A stretch of 32,000 nt of DNA, taken from NCBI GenBank assembly GCA_000175855.1, contig ACYB01000035.1, positions 210,001 through 242,000 on the forward strand, given 5' to 3'. The position numbers and the translations under genes are program-made. Positions 1 to 10,701 of this stretch are shown piece after piece; position 1 is the stretch's first letter, and each line of letters opens with the position of its first letter. The notes under the pieces are model-generated. The model ran no database searches. It saw only the letters and a list, made by a program, of their open reading frames with translations, and was not told the origin of the DNA. Source of the stretch: Raphidiopsis brookii D9. GTDB lineage: Bacteria; Cyanobacteriota; Cyanobacteriia; Cyanobacteriales; Nostocaceae.

Positions 1-245
1 ACAGCAGTTAATAACTCCTGTGGCCAGGCTATGGAAATATGACCAAAACTGGCCGCAGGATTTGCAGGGGGGTTGGCAATCATGGCCTGCAGTTTCTTGA
101 TATGGTCAGAACTGGGGCGATGATAAATTTTGGCGACTAAATTTTCATCGCTTGAAACCGTATAAATGAAGGCTTCACCCCCGCGTCCCAAATTTTCCCG
201 TAAATCCAGAACCTCTTGATTGGAAAAATAACGTAGTACCCGCAT
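1..245 (-). CDS. Protein kinase-like protein, N-terminal part (partial, runs off the left edge)
   Basis: My translation of the minus strand from ATG at 245: MRVLRYFSNQEVLDLRENLGRGGEAFIYTVSSDENLVAKIYHRPSSDHIKKLQAM..., with a glycine-rich loop (LGRGGEAFIY) and VAKIY lysine typical of kinases. Not in the supplied ORF track. Directly downstream of PP2C and VWA genes. Confidence 0.8.
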   Translation of the reverse strand, partial: MRVLRYFSNQEVLDLRENLGRGGEAFIYTVSSDENLVAKIYHRPSSDHIKKLQAMIANPPANPAASFGHISIAWPQELLTA

Positions 246-287
246 AATTCAATGGTGATTAATAAACTCTATAAAACAAACCTTTTA

Positions 288-1067
288 TCAGCTACTAAAT
301 GCTGCTAGTATCAATGTTAAATCATCATCTGTACGTTCAATTATTTTTCTAGAAGATAAAAAACTTGTTAACTGTTCTTGTGCTAGTTTATAGTCTTCAA
401 TCTTGGTAACAAAATCAAACAAAGGTAAAAAGAAGGGTTGATGTGGTTGCTGAACTAGCATATTTAGAGCTAACATTTGTAGACCATCTGTAAGCACTCC
501 AATATTAACTATGTTATGACGCAAAATTTGTATCTGAGTTGTAGTCACCGCTTCGGATGAAGTCAAAAATATGGTTTCATTGACATATTCGCCTCTGTGA
601 GGAGTAGTCAGAGCTTGCAGTTTACCCGTGCTATCCCTAGTCACAGCCAAACCATCACCTATTTGTGCTACAGCTGCAAGTTTTGGGGTAGCAAGTACAA
701 TAATTAAAGTAGTTGCTAGGTCAGATAGCTCATATTTGCTCACCTCAGCTTCCTTTTCCAAAGCCGTTTTGGCATTGATTATGGCATTGTGCAGCATCTC
801 TCTTAATAGGGTATTATCAGCGATAATAGTGGCAATATCTTTCCGCTGGGATATATACTCTATAGCTGTTTGGGTCGCTATCACCGCTCCTGCTTTCCCT
901 AGGTTCGCACAACCTGCTCCGTCTGCAACTGCTATTAATAATACATTATTGGGCAGTATATGCCAGTAGTAAGCATCTTGACACAACTGGTTACTTTTGG
1001 TGTGGCTGGTTCCACATACGGATGCGGCTGCTACTCGCCATTGAGCAACCTGTTTCGATGAGTTCAT
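288..1067 (-). CDS. PP2C-family serine/threonine phosphatase
   Basis: 259 aa ORF; CGTSHTKSNQLCQDAYYW, ADGAGCANLGKAGA, IGDGLAV and LTDGLQ...DDLTLIL motifs of PP2C. Confidence 0.85.
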   Translation of the reverse strand: MNSSKQVAQWRVAAASVCGTSHTKSNQLCQDAYYWHILPNNVLLIAVADGAGCANLGKAGAVIATQTAIEYISQRKDIATIIADNTLLREMLHNAIINAKTALEKEAEVSKYELSDLATTLIIVLATPKLAAVAQIGDGLAVTRDSTGKLQALTTPHRGEYVNETIFLTSSEAVTTTQIQILRHNIVNIGVLTDGLQMLALNMLVQQPHQPFFLPLFDFVTKIEDYKLAQEQLTSFLSSRKIIERTDDDLTLILAAFSS

Positions 1068-1112
1068 AATCGCATAATTGGTAGCTGATGGCTGGCTATT
1101 GTCAATATGTAT

Positions 1113-1811
1113 TTAGATAGAACCCCAACCGATAGGTGGTAGTGCTACTTGCTCTTCTAACTGAGAATGGGATACAGCGGACATACTGGCTGAAAGCCAC
1201 ACAAACATTTCTACAAAGTTGAGACCTTTGAGTTTCAGTGGAGTTCGCACGGCTATTTCATGGAGACGATGCATATTGGCATTTTCTACCCCTACCGTAA
1301 AAAAAGCTACTTTTTTATTGAACTCGTCTCCTCGTAGACGCTGGGTTGCTTCTTCTATAACCTCATCTATCTCACCTTGGGGTTCACCATCTGTAATCAT
1401 AAATACCCATGGACGATAGTAAGCAATGCCATTGGCACGATACTGGGATTTGCGCTCCTGAATTATTTCTAGGGCTTTATTAATTCCCGCTCCCATAGTT
1501 GTTAATCCCTGAGCTGTTAGAATAGGAGGAGTAAATTGGTCTACGGTCACAAAATCTTGCACCACGCTTACATAACTATCAAAAGTAACAATTGCTACTT
1601 CTACCCTTCTGGCAGCTAGGGTATTCTTAACCAGTTCATCTTTAAAACTCAGTAGACCCTGATTTAGTGCTTCAATTCTATCACCCTGCATGGATCCAGA
1701 CGTATCTAGCAGGAGTACACAAGGACACCGAGGTTCTGGATTTTCTGCAAACTCAACCACTTCATCTAAGGTAAAGGTATTCAGCATAATTTCTTGTGTG
1801 ATGTCTTCCAA
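1113..1811 (-). CDS. VWA-domain (TerY-like) protein
   Basis: 232 aa ORF; MIDAS motif LLLDTSGSM, conserved GLTTMGAGI and FMITDGEPQ. Confidence 0.88.
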   Translation of the reverse strand: MEDITQEIMLNTFTLDEVVEFAENPEPRCPCVLLLDTSGSMQGDRIEALNQGLLSFKDELVKNTLAARRVEVAIVTFDSYVSVVQDFVTVDQFTPPILTAQGLTTMGAGINKALEIIQERKSQYRANGIAYYRPWVFMITDGEPQGEIDEVIEEATQRLRGDEFNKKVAFFTVGVENANMHRLHEIAVRTPLKLKGLNFVEMFVWLSASMSAVSHSQLEEQVALPPIGWGSI

Positions 1812-2187
1812 GGTTCTGATTTCCTATTCTCAAATTATATAGTGTCTAGACTGTGGGGACTACAATTATTGCATCTGGTGGTAAATAAACAGAATTTGGT
1901 CTCCCAATTATTTCCCATTTAATTCTCCAGTCCAGGAAACTTGAGCATTACCATATAGTTTGTTACTGTCTAATTAATCTAAAGGTACACAATATTATAA
2001 TATATAATGAATGACCGGCTAGAATTTAAAGGTTCTATGTTTTCTGTTCTCTATTATTATCGATTAGTTTGAAAGAAACTACCGTATCAAAAAAACTCCC
2101 TCTTGACCAATATTCTCATAATATAGTCTTGGTAGCACAGCTGCTTTAATGTCTTAAATCGCTTATTAATTTACTTAATCATTTACT

Positions 2188-3471
2188 GTGGCAAAAGTTG
2201 TATTAGAAAACGTTTACAAAACTTTCCCTCCCCGCATAGGAGAAGTTAAAATCGAAGCTAAGAGCCAAGAATCATTATCTTCCAACCAACCTGGAGATAG
2301 TATTCATGTCCTGCGTCGGATTAATTTAACTATTACTGAGGGCGAGTTTATGGTATTAGTGGGCCCGTCAGGTTGTGGAAAAAGTACCTTGCTACGTTTA
2401 ATAGCAGGATTGGAGGTGATGACAGGGGGTAACATTTGGATAGGGAATCATCTGATTAATGATTTACCTCCCAAGGCCAGAGATATTGCCATGGTATTTC
2501 AAAATTATGCTCTTTACCCCCATTTAACAGTTTATGAAAATATTGCCTTTGGTTTGCGTCGTCGTTTACCACTTAACCAAACTAGCTCTAAGGGAAGTGT
2601 CAGTTACTGGGGAGAAAATATGCTCATGGCATTGACTCAAAAACTACCCAAAGGATTACGTTATCAAACTCAAACAGAAAAAATCATAGAACAACAGGTT
2701 TTGAAAGTTGCTCAATTGCTACAAATAGACACAATGTTACATAGACTGCCTAAACAACTCTCTGGAGGACAAAGACAACGGGTAGCACTAGGTCGAGCAA
2801 TCGCTCGGGATCCACAAGTGTTTTTAATGGATGAGCCCCTCTCTAATTTAGATGCTAAATTACGAGCAGAAACTCGCGTACAAATTGTCCAGTTACAGCG
2901 ACAATTGGGAACAACCACTATTTATGTCACCCATGACCAAACGGAAGCAATGACTATGGGCGATCGCATTGCTATTATGAATATGGGACAAATTCAACAA
3001 GTTGCCCGTCCCTTAGAAATATATAATTATCCCAAAAATCGCTTTGTGGCAGAATTTATTGGTTCACCACCGATGAATTTTATTCCCGTAGAATTTTATG
3101 CACCCCTATTAATTACCCATAGCAATTTCCGCTTTACCCTACCAAATGAGTGGGGAAAAGCACTACAAAAATACAGTGGACAAACTGTAATTTTAGGGAT
3201 TCGTCCAGAGCACCTAATTTTAAGCGTACCAGCTACAAAAAATATACCGGTCAAAGTAGATCTAGTAGAAAATCTAGGAAATGATAGTTTCGTGAGTGTA
3301 AGAATAATTAATCCTGATTTACCAAAATTAGATGGTCAGATTCTACAGGTAAGAGTACCTTCGGATAGACTAATTGAAATGGGGGATCAAATTTGGCTAT
3401 CACCTATTATGGAAAAACTGCACTTTTTTGATCGAGAAACCGAACTAGCAATCTTTACCAATAACCAATAA
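2188..3471 (+). CDS. ugpC: ABC transporter ATP-binding protein, UgpC/MalK type
   Basis: 427 aa ORF; Walker A GPSGCGKST, signature LSGGQRQR, Walker B VFLMDEP, H-loop THDQTEAMTMGDR, C-terminal TOBE-like region. Confidence 0.85.
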   Translation: MAKVVLENVYKTFPPRIGEVKIEAKSQESLSSNQPGDSIHVLRRINLTITEGEFMVLVGPSGCGKSTLLRLIAGLEVMTGGNIWIGNHLINDLPPKARDIAMVFQNYALYPHLTVYENIAFGLRRRLPLNQTSSKGSVSYWGENMLMALTQKLPKGLRYQTQTEKIIEQQVLKVAQLLQIDTMLHRLPKQLSGGQRQRVALGRAIARDPQVFLMDEPLSNLDAKLRAETRVQIVQLQRQLGTTTIYVTHDQTEAMTMGDRIAIMNMGQIQQVARPLEIYNYPKNRFVAEFIGSPPMNFIPVEFYAPLLITHSNFRFTLPNEWGKALQKYSGQTVILGIRPEHLILSVPATKNIPVKVDLVENLGNDSFVSVRIINPDLPKLDGQILQVRVPSDRLIEMGDQIWLSPIMEKLHFFDRETELAIFTNNQ

Positions 3472-5877
3472 CTATTTAAAGCATGTATATATAGCCCAAA
3501 TAGCCATAGGTCGCAGGTAGGTACTAGCTCGGAAAGTACCAGCAGCAGTGATCGCCTCTGGTGTGCGGAATTGTAAACCATGGTCATAGATTTGTCTCAC
3601 CACTGCTTGGGTTAAACGCAAACCTTGATCCTTCATGCCCATTTGCAGTAAAAAAGCAGCCAAGCCAAAATTGATACCCGTCCAAACCTCCAGAGGGTGG
3701 GTAGCTTGAGGATTTTCCGGTGAACCATCCGGAAGAACACCATTAGCAGCACCAAACTTACCATCTTGGAACTTGAGGAAACAAGCATCGTAGATAGTAG
3801 TCAAAGCAGAAAGGGCCCGATCTTGTGGCACAATATCTGGTAGATTAAGCAACCTGGCATAAAACTGTCCTGACAGTTGATCAGCCATCACTACATTAGA
3901 ACCACTTTCACTATCTAAACGGTAAAATTTGCCATTCCATAGTTTTTGTTGATACACTGGTAATGATTGGTTTAACCAATTCTCATAAATAGATCTTTGC
4001 TCCCCTACATTTGACAATTCCGGGTGGTTCATCAAAACATCACAAATGGCGATCGCAGCTTCTAAAGCGGCCAACCACAAAGCACCACAATAGGCGCTAA
4101 CACCACTTAGTCGCCAATCATCAAAGGTCTGGTCGGGAGCTCCGGAATTTTCTGGTATTCCATCTGCATCTATGTCAAATTGTTTGAGATAATCTAAAGT
4201 CAGCACTATACCATACCAACAGTCGACTAGAAACTCTATATCATTACCACCGGTAAACAGGAAATCACGGTACACTTGCAGAACAAAATCACAACCCAAA
4301 TCTTTCCATAGGTTACAGTCCTGATAACTAGTATAGTTGGTTTGCTCCCATACCCATTCATTAGGTGCCCCTAAATCATGGGGTGTAGCCCCTGCTACCT
4401 TGCGTAATGCCACCGGACTGGGGGAGTTAATGGTTAAATAGTAACCAATAATTCTGGATCTATCGTCACTTTGGGGGATTGCCCGCGCAAAAGCACGAAT
4501 GACCGCCTTTTCCAATTCTGGGAATAAAATTAACAGTCCAAAGGAACCATATAATCTAACATCTAAACTCTCATACCAACGATAGTCTAAACACTCTAAA
4601 ACCGCGAATTGACCCATGGGGTCTTTTTCCGTCCCTGCACTCCATAGGGTTCCCCCACTAGTTAAGTCATATAGTTCGTTAAATAAAGCCATCTTGAACC
4701 AGCTTGGTAAATCCTCCCTTTCCAGAATTGGTTTTTGCCAACTCTCAATATGCGATCGCCAGTTATAGCATTCTTTCAGAGCACAAGTAGCAATCTGCCA
4801 AGCATTATCGCCAGTAGTGCCGAAAAAATCAGTATATCTACGATAATAGTTGACACCTGCTGCAAATTCTGTCACTGGAAAGTCCCAACTTAAGACAAAA
4901 GGAACTGTGAAAGTTTCCCCAGGTGAGATGGTAAAGCGGACTGCAACAGCAGCGCCCAAACGAGAATTTACATCTGCGGGGGTTTCGTCCTGGTAATTAG
5001 ATAGAGAGCCATTCTGACTAAAATCACGCCAAAGTTCTTCACCATTACCCACGGGATTAAATTGGCAATGATAGAATAATTCAACCTGGGGATTTTTCAC
5101 AGTAGCAATACACCAAGTACCATCACCTTCCTGAACTGGATGATTAGTAGCTCGACCCAAAACACAACCCAAATATTGGTCATTTTCTGCTAACCAGTTA
5201 TAGTTCCCCTGACTTTCACCCCACCGTGGTTGATATTCGTATACGGGAGAGCCATCATCCCTAATTTTAACTTGAGGAGATTTAAGAGCATTAGTAAACC
5301 ACCCGGTCATATTCTCCCAACTCAACATAATGCTCGCGGTAATGGGTTGATTGGTCGGGTTATGGATATTCCATAAGAAAACAGCTACAGGATAACTAGT
5401 TTCTCGGTAGTTATGGGCCCAAACCGGGGAAAATTGTTCGCAAGTGAATTGTAGGGGAAATAGGTTTTCATATACAAACCAACTGCGGGGGTAAAGTGCG
5501 TGATATGTCCCCCCATCAGTTTTTGTACCTGTTGATGAATGGACAACATTGGGATACCATTGCCAGGTTTGTAAGGTGTTATCTTCTGGTGGTTGGGTGG
5601 ATAATGCGTAAGCTTGACCAGATGTAAAAATACTGAACTGACACCCGGGAACATTTTTAAAAACATGTTCACCCCCATCAATATGCCATAAATTAAAATC
5701 TCCCCGAGAGGAACGACCAATGCAACCTGCTCCAAAACCACCTAATGGCATACCATGAAATGGCCCGTCATCTAAATTGCTGGGATAGCGAACTGTATAT
5801 GGTCTTTCCCACCCCAGACCAATAGCACGTTTCCATGTGTGGGGCGGTATTTCACTGTATTTGTTCATAATCTTCAA
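3472..5877 (-). CDS. GH116-family glycoside hydrolase (bile acid beta-glucosidase / non-lysosomal glucosylceramidase-like)
   Basis: 801 aa ORF; GMPLGGFGAGCIGRSSRGDFNLWHIDGG, FFGTTGDNAW, SGAPDQTFDDWRLSGVSAYCGALWLAALEA and HPLEVWTGINFGLAAFLLQ resemble GBA2-family proteins. Confidence 0.88.
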   Translation of the reverse strand: MKIMNKYSEIPPHTWKRAIGLGWERPYTVRYPSNLDDGPFHGMPLGGFGAGCIGRSSRGDFNLWHIDGGEHVFKNVPGCQFSIFTSGQAYALSTQPPEDNTLQTWQWYPNVVHSSTGTKTDGGTYHALYPRSWFVYENLFPLQFTCEQFSPVWAHNYRETSYPVAVFLWNIHNPTNQPITASIMLSWENMTGWFTNALKSPQVKIRDDGSPVYEYQPRWGESQGNYNWLAENDQYLGCVLGRATNHPVQEGDGTWCIATVKNPQVELFYHCQFNPVGNGEELWRDFSQNGSLSNYQDETPADVNSRLGAAVAVRFTISPGETFTVPFVLSWDFPVTEFAAGVNYYRRYTDFFGTTGDNAWQIATCALKECYNWRSHIESWQKPILEREDLPSWFKMALFNELYDLTSGGTLWSAGTEKDPMGQFAVLECLDYRWYESLDVRLYGSFGLLILFPELEKAVIRAFARAIPQSDDRSRIIGYYLTINSPSPVALRKVAGATPHDLGAPNEWVWEQTNYTSYQDCNLWKDLGCDFVLQVYRDFLFTGGNDIEFLVDCWYGIVLTLDYLKQFDIDADGIPENSGAPDQTFDDWRLSGVSAYCGALWLAALEAAIAICDVLMNHPELSNVGEQRSIYENWLNQSLPVYQQKLWNGKFYRLDSESGSNVVMADQLSGQFYARLLNLPDIVPQDRALSALTTIYDACFLKFQDGKFGAANGVLPDGSPENPQATHPLEVWTGINFGLAAFLLQMGMKDQGLRLTQAVVRQIYDHGLQFRTPEAITAAGTFRASTYLRPMAIWAIYTCFK

Positions 5878-6008
5878 AAAGTTTTCTCGATCTAATCACT
5901 AAAAACGACGTTATACAAGTTCATTATTGTAATGTGGTTAGTCACACAAAAATTCTTCTCTTTTATTTTATGTATAATAAATATGTAACAATTATTATAA
6001 TAAAACAG

Positions 6009-6761
6009 ATGTTACCTAATATGATAAAATTCACTGTGCTGACAATAATTATATTTTGCGCACTTTCTCTTAGATATTTTCTTGTATCCTGGCCCCTTTA
6101 TTGGTTGCTGTGGACTCGTCGTCCTCCTTCCTGGGAAAAACGCCGTCTTCAGGAAATTAAGGAAAACAGTCAAAATATCAAAACTGAAATCAAATGGTCT
6201 ATTGTATCCAGTCTAATTTTCTCACCAGGAGTCGCTCTGGCCATGACCATCATTAATAATGGATATACCAGAGTGTACACTAATCCTCTAGAATATAGCT
6301 ATTTATACTTGCCTATAAGCCTACTCATATATTTATTCTTACACGATACATATTTTTACTGGACCCATTTATGGTTACACAATCCTAAAATATATCGCCG
6401 CTTTCACCGAATACATCATCAATCTATAAAACCCACACCCTGGACATCCTTCTGCTTTGACCCTTTAGAAAGTATAATGCAAGCAGTGATTATTCCTATC
6501 ATGTTATTAATCATTCCTATTCATATCAGCATGTTAGTATTATTATTAATATTAATGACGGTATTTGGTGTGATTAATCACCTAGGTTATGAAGTTTATC
6601 CCCGTTCCTGGATGAAGGGTTTTTGGGCTGAACATTGGATTACACCCTCCCATCACACCCTACATCATCACAAATTCAATTGTAATTATGGTCTTTATTT
6701 TCGCTTTTGGGATAAAGTGATGGGGACGGATGTTATACAAGAGGAGAAACTACATTTTTAA
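6009..6761 (+). CDS. Sterol desaturase / fatty acid hydroxylase family membrane protein
   Basis: ORF track 5934..6761; likely start is the internal ATG at 6009. Histidine boxes HDTYFYWTH, HRIHH and HTLHHHK plus hydrophobic segments. Confidence 0.85.
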   Translation: MLPNMIKFTVLTIIIFCALSLRYFLVSWPLYWLLWTRRPPSWEKRRLQEIKENSQNIKTEIKWSIVSSLIFSPGVALAMTIINNGYTRVYTNPLEYSYLYLPISLLIYLFLHDTYFYWTHLWLHNPKIYRRFHRIHHQSIKPTPWTSFCFDPLESIMQAVIIPIMLLIIPIHISMLVLLLILMTVFGVINHLGYEVYPRSWMKGFWAEHWITPSHHTLHHHKFNCNYGLYFRFWDKVMGTDVIQEEKLHF

Positions 6762-6763
6762 GC

Positions 6764-7066
6764 CTACTTGCCACCATAGAAAAAAGCAATCTCTTTTTCC
6801 TTTAAGGGTGCAAAACCAGCTGCTACTAATTTCTCATCTAACTCCCCTTGGGGTATGTGTTTAGCACCTATGCGAACAATTCGAGAACGCATGGTGTTAG
6901 ACACCCCACTCCTTTGTCTACCCGCTTCCAGTCCCATAACGTTATTATATAGCTCTAGCTTAACAGTAGGAATGGGGGATCCATCAAAGTCAATCCCTTG
7001 CGCGATCGCTACATCTATAGCATCAGCGCCAGTGGTTGGATTTTGTGCGGTTGTTTCGGTGGTCAT
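6764..7066 (-). CDS. Small conserved cyanobacterial protein of unknown function (DUF4090-like)
   Basis: 100 aa ORF with Thr-rich N-terminus and a conserved-looking GVSNTMRSRIVRIGAKHIPQ...GFAPLKEKEIAFFYG core; family assignment is from memory. Confidence 0.6.
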   Translation of the reverse strand: MTTETTAQNPTTGADAIDVAIAQGIDFDGSPIPTVKLELYNNVMGLEAGRQRSGVSNTMRSRIVRIGAKHIPQGELDEKLVAAGFAPLKEKEIAFFYGGK

Positions 7067-7175
7067 GGCTATAATCTGGTTAAACTTAACAGGTATTCTA
7101 TCAGGAACAGGAGAGAATTTAACCCAACCAAACCACCAAAAAATGCCCCCGATATTGTACTAGTCCAAATCTCAA

Positions 7176-10100
7176 TCAACCAGTATTTCTCATTCCCGCT
7201 GCAATCCCATTAATAGTTAACAATGCGCCGCGTAGTAATTCCCCTTTACTGTAACGAGAATGTATTACTCCCGGCGTGCTGCTAGTCTTGTACTGTCTCA
7301 ATCGCTTGAGCAGAGAAACCTGAATGAACCCCAATGGCAATATGGTGCTATTTCGTAATTGCACTGACCGCTGTAAAGTAGGATCTTCATCTAGTAGTCT
7401 TTGATTTCCCGTGATTTTCAACGCCAATTCCCTGGTCAAATAGTATTCTCTGGCAATTTGGGTAAACACTTTCTCAAACCTTGGTCTGTCTTCCGGACTG
7501 GAAAGTTCCTGTACATAATGACGTGCCATCTCTATATCCACTTTTGCTAGGGTCATTTCCACTTTGGAAATCACCATTTTAAAGAAAGGCCACTTAATAT
7601 AGAAATAACGCATTAGTTTCAGATGTTCTTCCGGTTGTTCCTGCAAAAACTCATTTAATGCCGTACCTACACCATACCAAGAAGGCAATAAAAATCTGGT
7701 TTGTGTCCAACTAAATACCCAAGGTATAGCTCTTAAACCACCCAAATCCTTCTTACCAGATGATCGTCTCGCTGGGCGGGAACTAATTTGTAACTGACTA
7801 ATTTCTTCAATAGGTGTTACCTGGTGGAAGAAGTCAATAAAATCGGGATCATCATAAATCAAAGCTCGATAATGTTGACGAGATCTCACTGACAATTCCT
7901 CCATGATCTCATTCCATGCTTCAATGTCATCAAACCCTGTTTTCAATAAACTAGCCTGCACTACCGCGCTAGTAATTGTTTCTATATGATACAAGGCCAA
8001 GTCTAACAAAGAATATTTGGAAGCTAAAACTTCTCCCTGTTCTGTAATTTTGATCCTACCATTAATACTATGTCCAGGTTGGGCTAAAATCGCCTCGTAG
8101 GCTGGTCCACCACCACGACCTACCGATCCCCCCCGCCCATGAAAAATTCTCAGGTTTAAACCGTATTTCTCGGCAATTCTTTGCAAGGATTTTTGGGCTT
8201 TGTGGATTTCCCAATTACTACTTAAAAAACCAGAATCTTTATTACTGTCGGAATATCCTAACATCACTTCTTGCAGGTCAGGTCTAAGATCGCTATGGTC
8301 AGGTTTATAACCCCCCGCTAAGAAAGCACGGTATAGGGGAAGTTCAAATAATTCCCGCATCACACTTCTGGATCTTTGTAAGTCTTCTACAGTTTCAAAT
8401 AGGGGAACCACACGAATAGATCCAACCGCAGTAGCAGGGTCAAACAATCGAGATTCTTTAGCTAGTAGTAGTACCTCTAATACGTCACTAACTTGCCGAC
8501 ACATGCTAATAATATATGTTTGGCAGATGCTAATCCTAAATTCCTGTTGTAGCGATCGCACCACTCGGAAAGTTTCAATGACATCATTAGTTTTTTCCGA
8601 AAATGGCAATTCTGCTGGAATTAAAGGTCTTCTAGTCTGTAATTCTCCTGTCAACCAACTCACCCTTTCGCTTTCTGAGAGTTCATTATAGGTTCGGGGA
8701 AGGATTTGCAGGTATTCAAGAATTTCATTTATTGCATCAGAGTGTCTAGAAGACTCTTGACGAATATCTAATTGAGCCAGATGAAAGTCAAAAATCTCCA
8801 CCTGGCAAATCAAATTATCCAACTCGCCACAACTCAATCCGGTTTCTGTTAAGTTACGTTGAATCAGTCTTAGCTCCGCCAAAAATTCTTCCCCCGAAGC
8901 ATATTTATCACCATCCTCATTGCTGGGAGTCTCCCCACGATATAAGGACAAATTCCGATCTCTAGTATTTTCCAGTCTTCTTAACACATAGGAAAGTTTT
9001 AAGCGATAGGGTTCTTGACGATAACGCAGGGCTAAAGCATCATAAACATCACCTAATACAGATTGGTCTAACTCCAGAGACTCCAATAAATCCGGTAGTA
9101 CATCACTCCAGTGCATGGAAATGCTCAATAACTCAATCAGCTTTTTCACTGATTGAATATATCTCTCTAAAACCATTTTCCGCTGGTAACAGGCAGTTTT
9201 CCAAGTCACCTCGGGTGTCACCGATGGGTTACCATCCCGATCCGAACCTACCCAAGAACCGAAAGAACAAAAGTTCTTGCCCGGTGGTTCCAACCAAGGA
9301 AATGTTTGTTTTAAAGCATAAGCAAACCGTTTATACAATTGAGGAATACCATCAAATAGAACCTCTTGAAAGTAATGTAATGCATAGTCTACTTCATCTA
9401 GTACGGTTGGTTTAAACTGATGCAGTTCATCTGTGCGCCACCAGAGACGAATTTCTTCTAATAAGCGCTCCTTAATTTCTGCCAGCTCCCAGGTATGACC
9501 ACCAGCATGGGTTTGTAGGGTATCCAACTGCTGTAAAAGGTGTACTACCTGTCTTTGTTTATCCCGGATGGTATGACGGACAATTTCTGTGGGATGTGCT
9601 GTGAAGACTAAGCGGATATCCAGTTGAGAAATCAGTCTTTGAATCTGCTGGGGTGGAACATTTAATCTAAATAGTAGAGGGAATAAGACCCCAAAGGTTC
9701 CCTTCTGGTGAGCGGTAGCTTTATCATTCCCAGTTGGGGTGTCTGTACTTAGTTCTTTATTGATGGGTAGATCATTTTCCCTTTGATTAGTTGAATAAAT
9801 AATATTAGGCCAGCTTTCTTGCACTACAGGATCAGGTACAGAATAACGAGTTAACTGTTGCTTTTGTTCGTATTCTTGCTCAATAATGTTAATTAACTGA
9901 AAGTATAAGGCAAAAGCACGAGCAGCACGAATAGCTTCATTAATGTTTAGCTGTTCAATCAGTGCTACTGCTAAGGATGCTTGATCATGGGTGGTTTGTC
10001 CCTCCGGTGAACATAAGTCCCGCAGCTGACGCAGTAGGTCAACCATTTTTTGTCCACATTCTTGTCTGAGAACCGACTCCCATAATTCTTCTACTATGTA

Positions 10101-10178
10101 CAGACGATGATGTAAAAATAATTCAGACATAGGGTGCATATTTGCCGCTGGCAATGAAGAGTATAAAATCGAACTCAT
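7176..10178 (-). CDS. ppc: Phosphoenolpyruvate carboxylase
   Basis: ORF 7176..10223; likely start at residue 16 ([10 protein letters not shown]). Motifs [77 protein letters not shown]-like C-terminus ([12 protein letters not shown]). Confidence 0.97.
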   Translation of the reverse strand: MSSILYSSLPAANMHPMSELFLHHRLYIVEELWESVLRQECGQKMVDLLRQLRDLCSPEGQTTHDQASLAVALIEQLNINEAIRAARAFALYFQLINIIEQEYEQKQQLTRYSVPDPVVQESWPNIIYSTNQRENDLPINKELSTDTPTGNDKATAHQKGTFGVLFPLLFRLNVPPQQIQRLISQLDIRLVFTAHPTEIVRHTIRDKQRQVVHLLQQLDTLQTHAGGHTWELAEIKERLLEEIRLWWRTDELHQFKPTVLDEVDYALHYFQEVLFDGIPQLYKRFAYALKQTFPWLEPPGKNFCSFGSWVGSDRDGNPSVTPEVTWKTACYQRKMVLERYIQSVKKLIELLSISMHWSDVLPDLLESLELDQSVLGDVYDALALRYRQEPYRLKLSYVLRRLENTRDRNLSLYRGETPSNEDGDKYASGEEFLAELRLIQRNLTETGLSCGELDNLICQVEIFDFHLAQLDIRQESSRHSDAINEILEYLQILPRTYNELSESERVSWLTGELQTRRPLIPAELPFSEKTNDVIETFRVVRSLQQEFRISICQTYIISMCRQVSDVLEVLLLAKESRLFDPATAVGSIRVVPLFETVEDLQRSRSVMRELFELPLYRAFLAGGYKPDHSDLRPDLQEVMLGYSDSNKDSGFLSSNWEIHKAQKSLQRIAEKYGLNLRIFHGRGGSVGRGGGPAYEAILAQPGHSINGRIKITEQGEVLASKYSLLDLALYHIETITSAVVQASLLKTGFDDIEAWNEIMEELSVRSRQHYRALIYDDPDFIDFFHQVTPIEEISQLQISSRPARRSSGKKDLGGLRAIPWVFSWTQTRFLLPSWYGVGTALNEFLQEQPEEHLKLMRYFYIKWPFFKMVISKVEMTLAKVDIEMARHYVQELSSPEDRPRFEKVFTQIAREYYLTRELALKITGNQRLLDEDPTLQRSVQLRNSTILPLGFIQVSLLKRLRQYKTSSTPGVIHSRYSKGELLRGALLTINGIAAGMRNTG

Positions 10179-10197
10179 ATTTTTTGATCCGGTCCGC

Positions 10198-10395
10198 TTA
10201 ACTTGTAATCCTATCTTCAGCACAGGATTCTTGTGGAAATTTTAGTGGAGGGAGGCGATCGCCCCTAAATATCTCCTCACTAGCAGTTCCCAGGGTTATA
10301 ATCAGCTCACTAGTTACTTTATTTGCTACAAGTAGTAGTAGCATAGATGCTGTACCTATTTGTAGTAAAGGGGAATGGGAAATCGTAGAAGACAT
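10198..10395 (-). CDS. Hypothetical 65-aa ORF upstream of ppc (may be spurious)
   Basis: ORF only; short hydrophobic stretch MLLLLVAN, no recognised family. Confidence 0.15.
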   Translation of the reverse strand: MSSTISHSPLLQIGTASMLLLLVANKVTSELIITLGTASEEIFRGDRLPPLKFPQESCAEDRITS

Positions 10396-10701
10396 GATTT
10401 ATTCTGTGGATTGGTGGTTTTAGAATCACTAGTGACATTGCTAATGACACTGGCAATTATATAGGGTGTGGATTGAGTCCGAACAAAGGAATTCCTTTTG
10501 AGTCCCTGACTGAAAACCATTGACTTATGGGTTAATTCTATGGGGAATTAACCGTCAAGACTATCTTGGCTCATTTCTATAGCTACAAAAGTAACAAAAA
10601 TGTCGAAAAAAAACTGCTCAATATGATGAATCCATGATTTTTTGACAAAAGAGCTGGGGAAACCTTCCAAAAATTAACATGCGGTTACATTTAACTTAAC
10701 A

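Noticed and set aside
628-1419. Plus-strand ORFs at 628..969 and 1219..1419
   Set aside because: Antisense to well-supported PP2C and VWA coding sequences, with no recognisable family.
5385-5741. 118-aa minus-strand ORF in a different frame of the GH116 gene
   Set aside because: The overlapping GH116 protein has clear family motifs; this frame is composition-driven.
6855-7213. Plus-strand ORFs 6855..7163 and 6998..7213
   Set aside because: Antisense to the conserved-looking 100-aa protein or its upstream region; no supporting motif.
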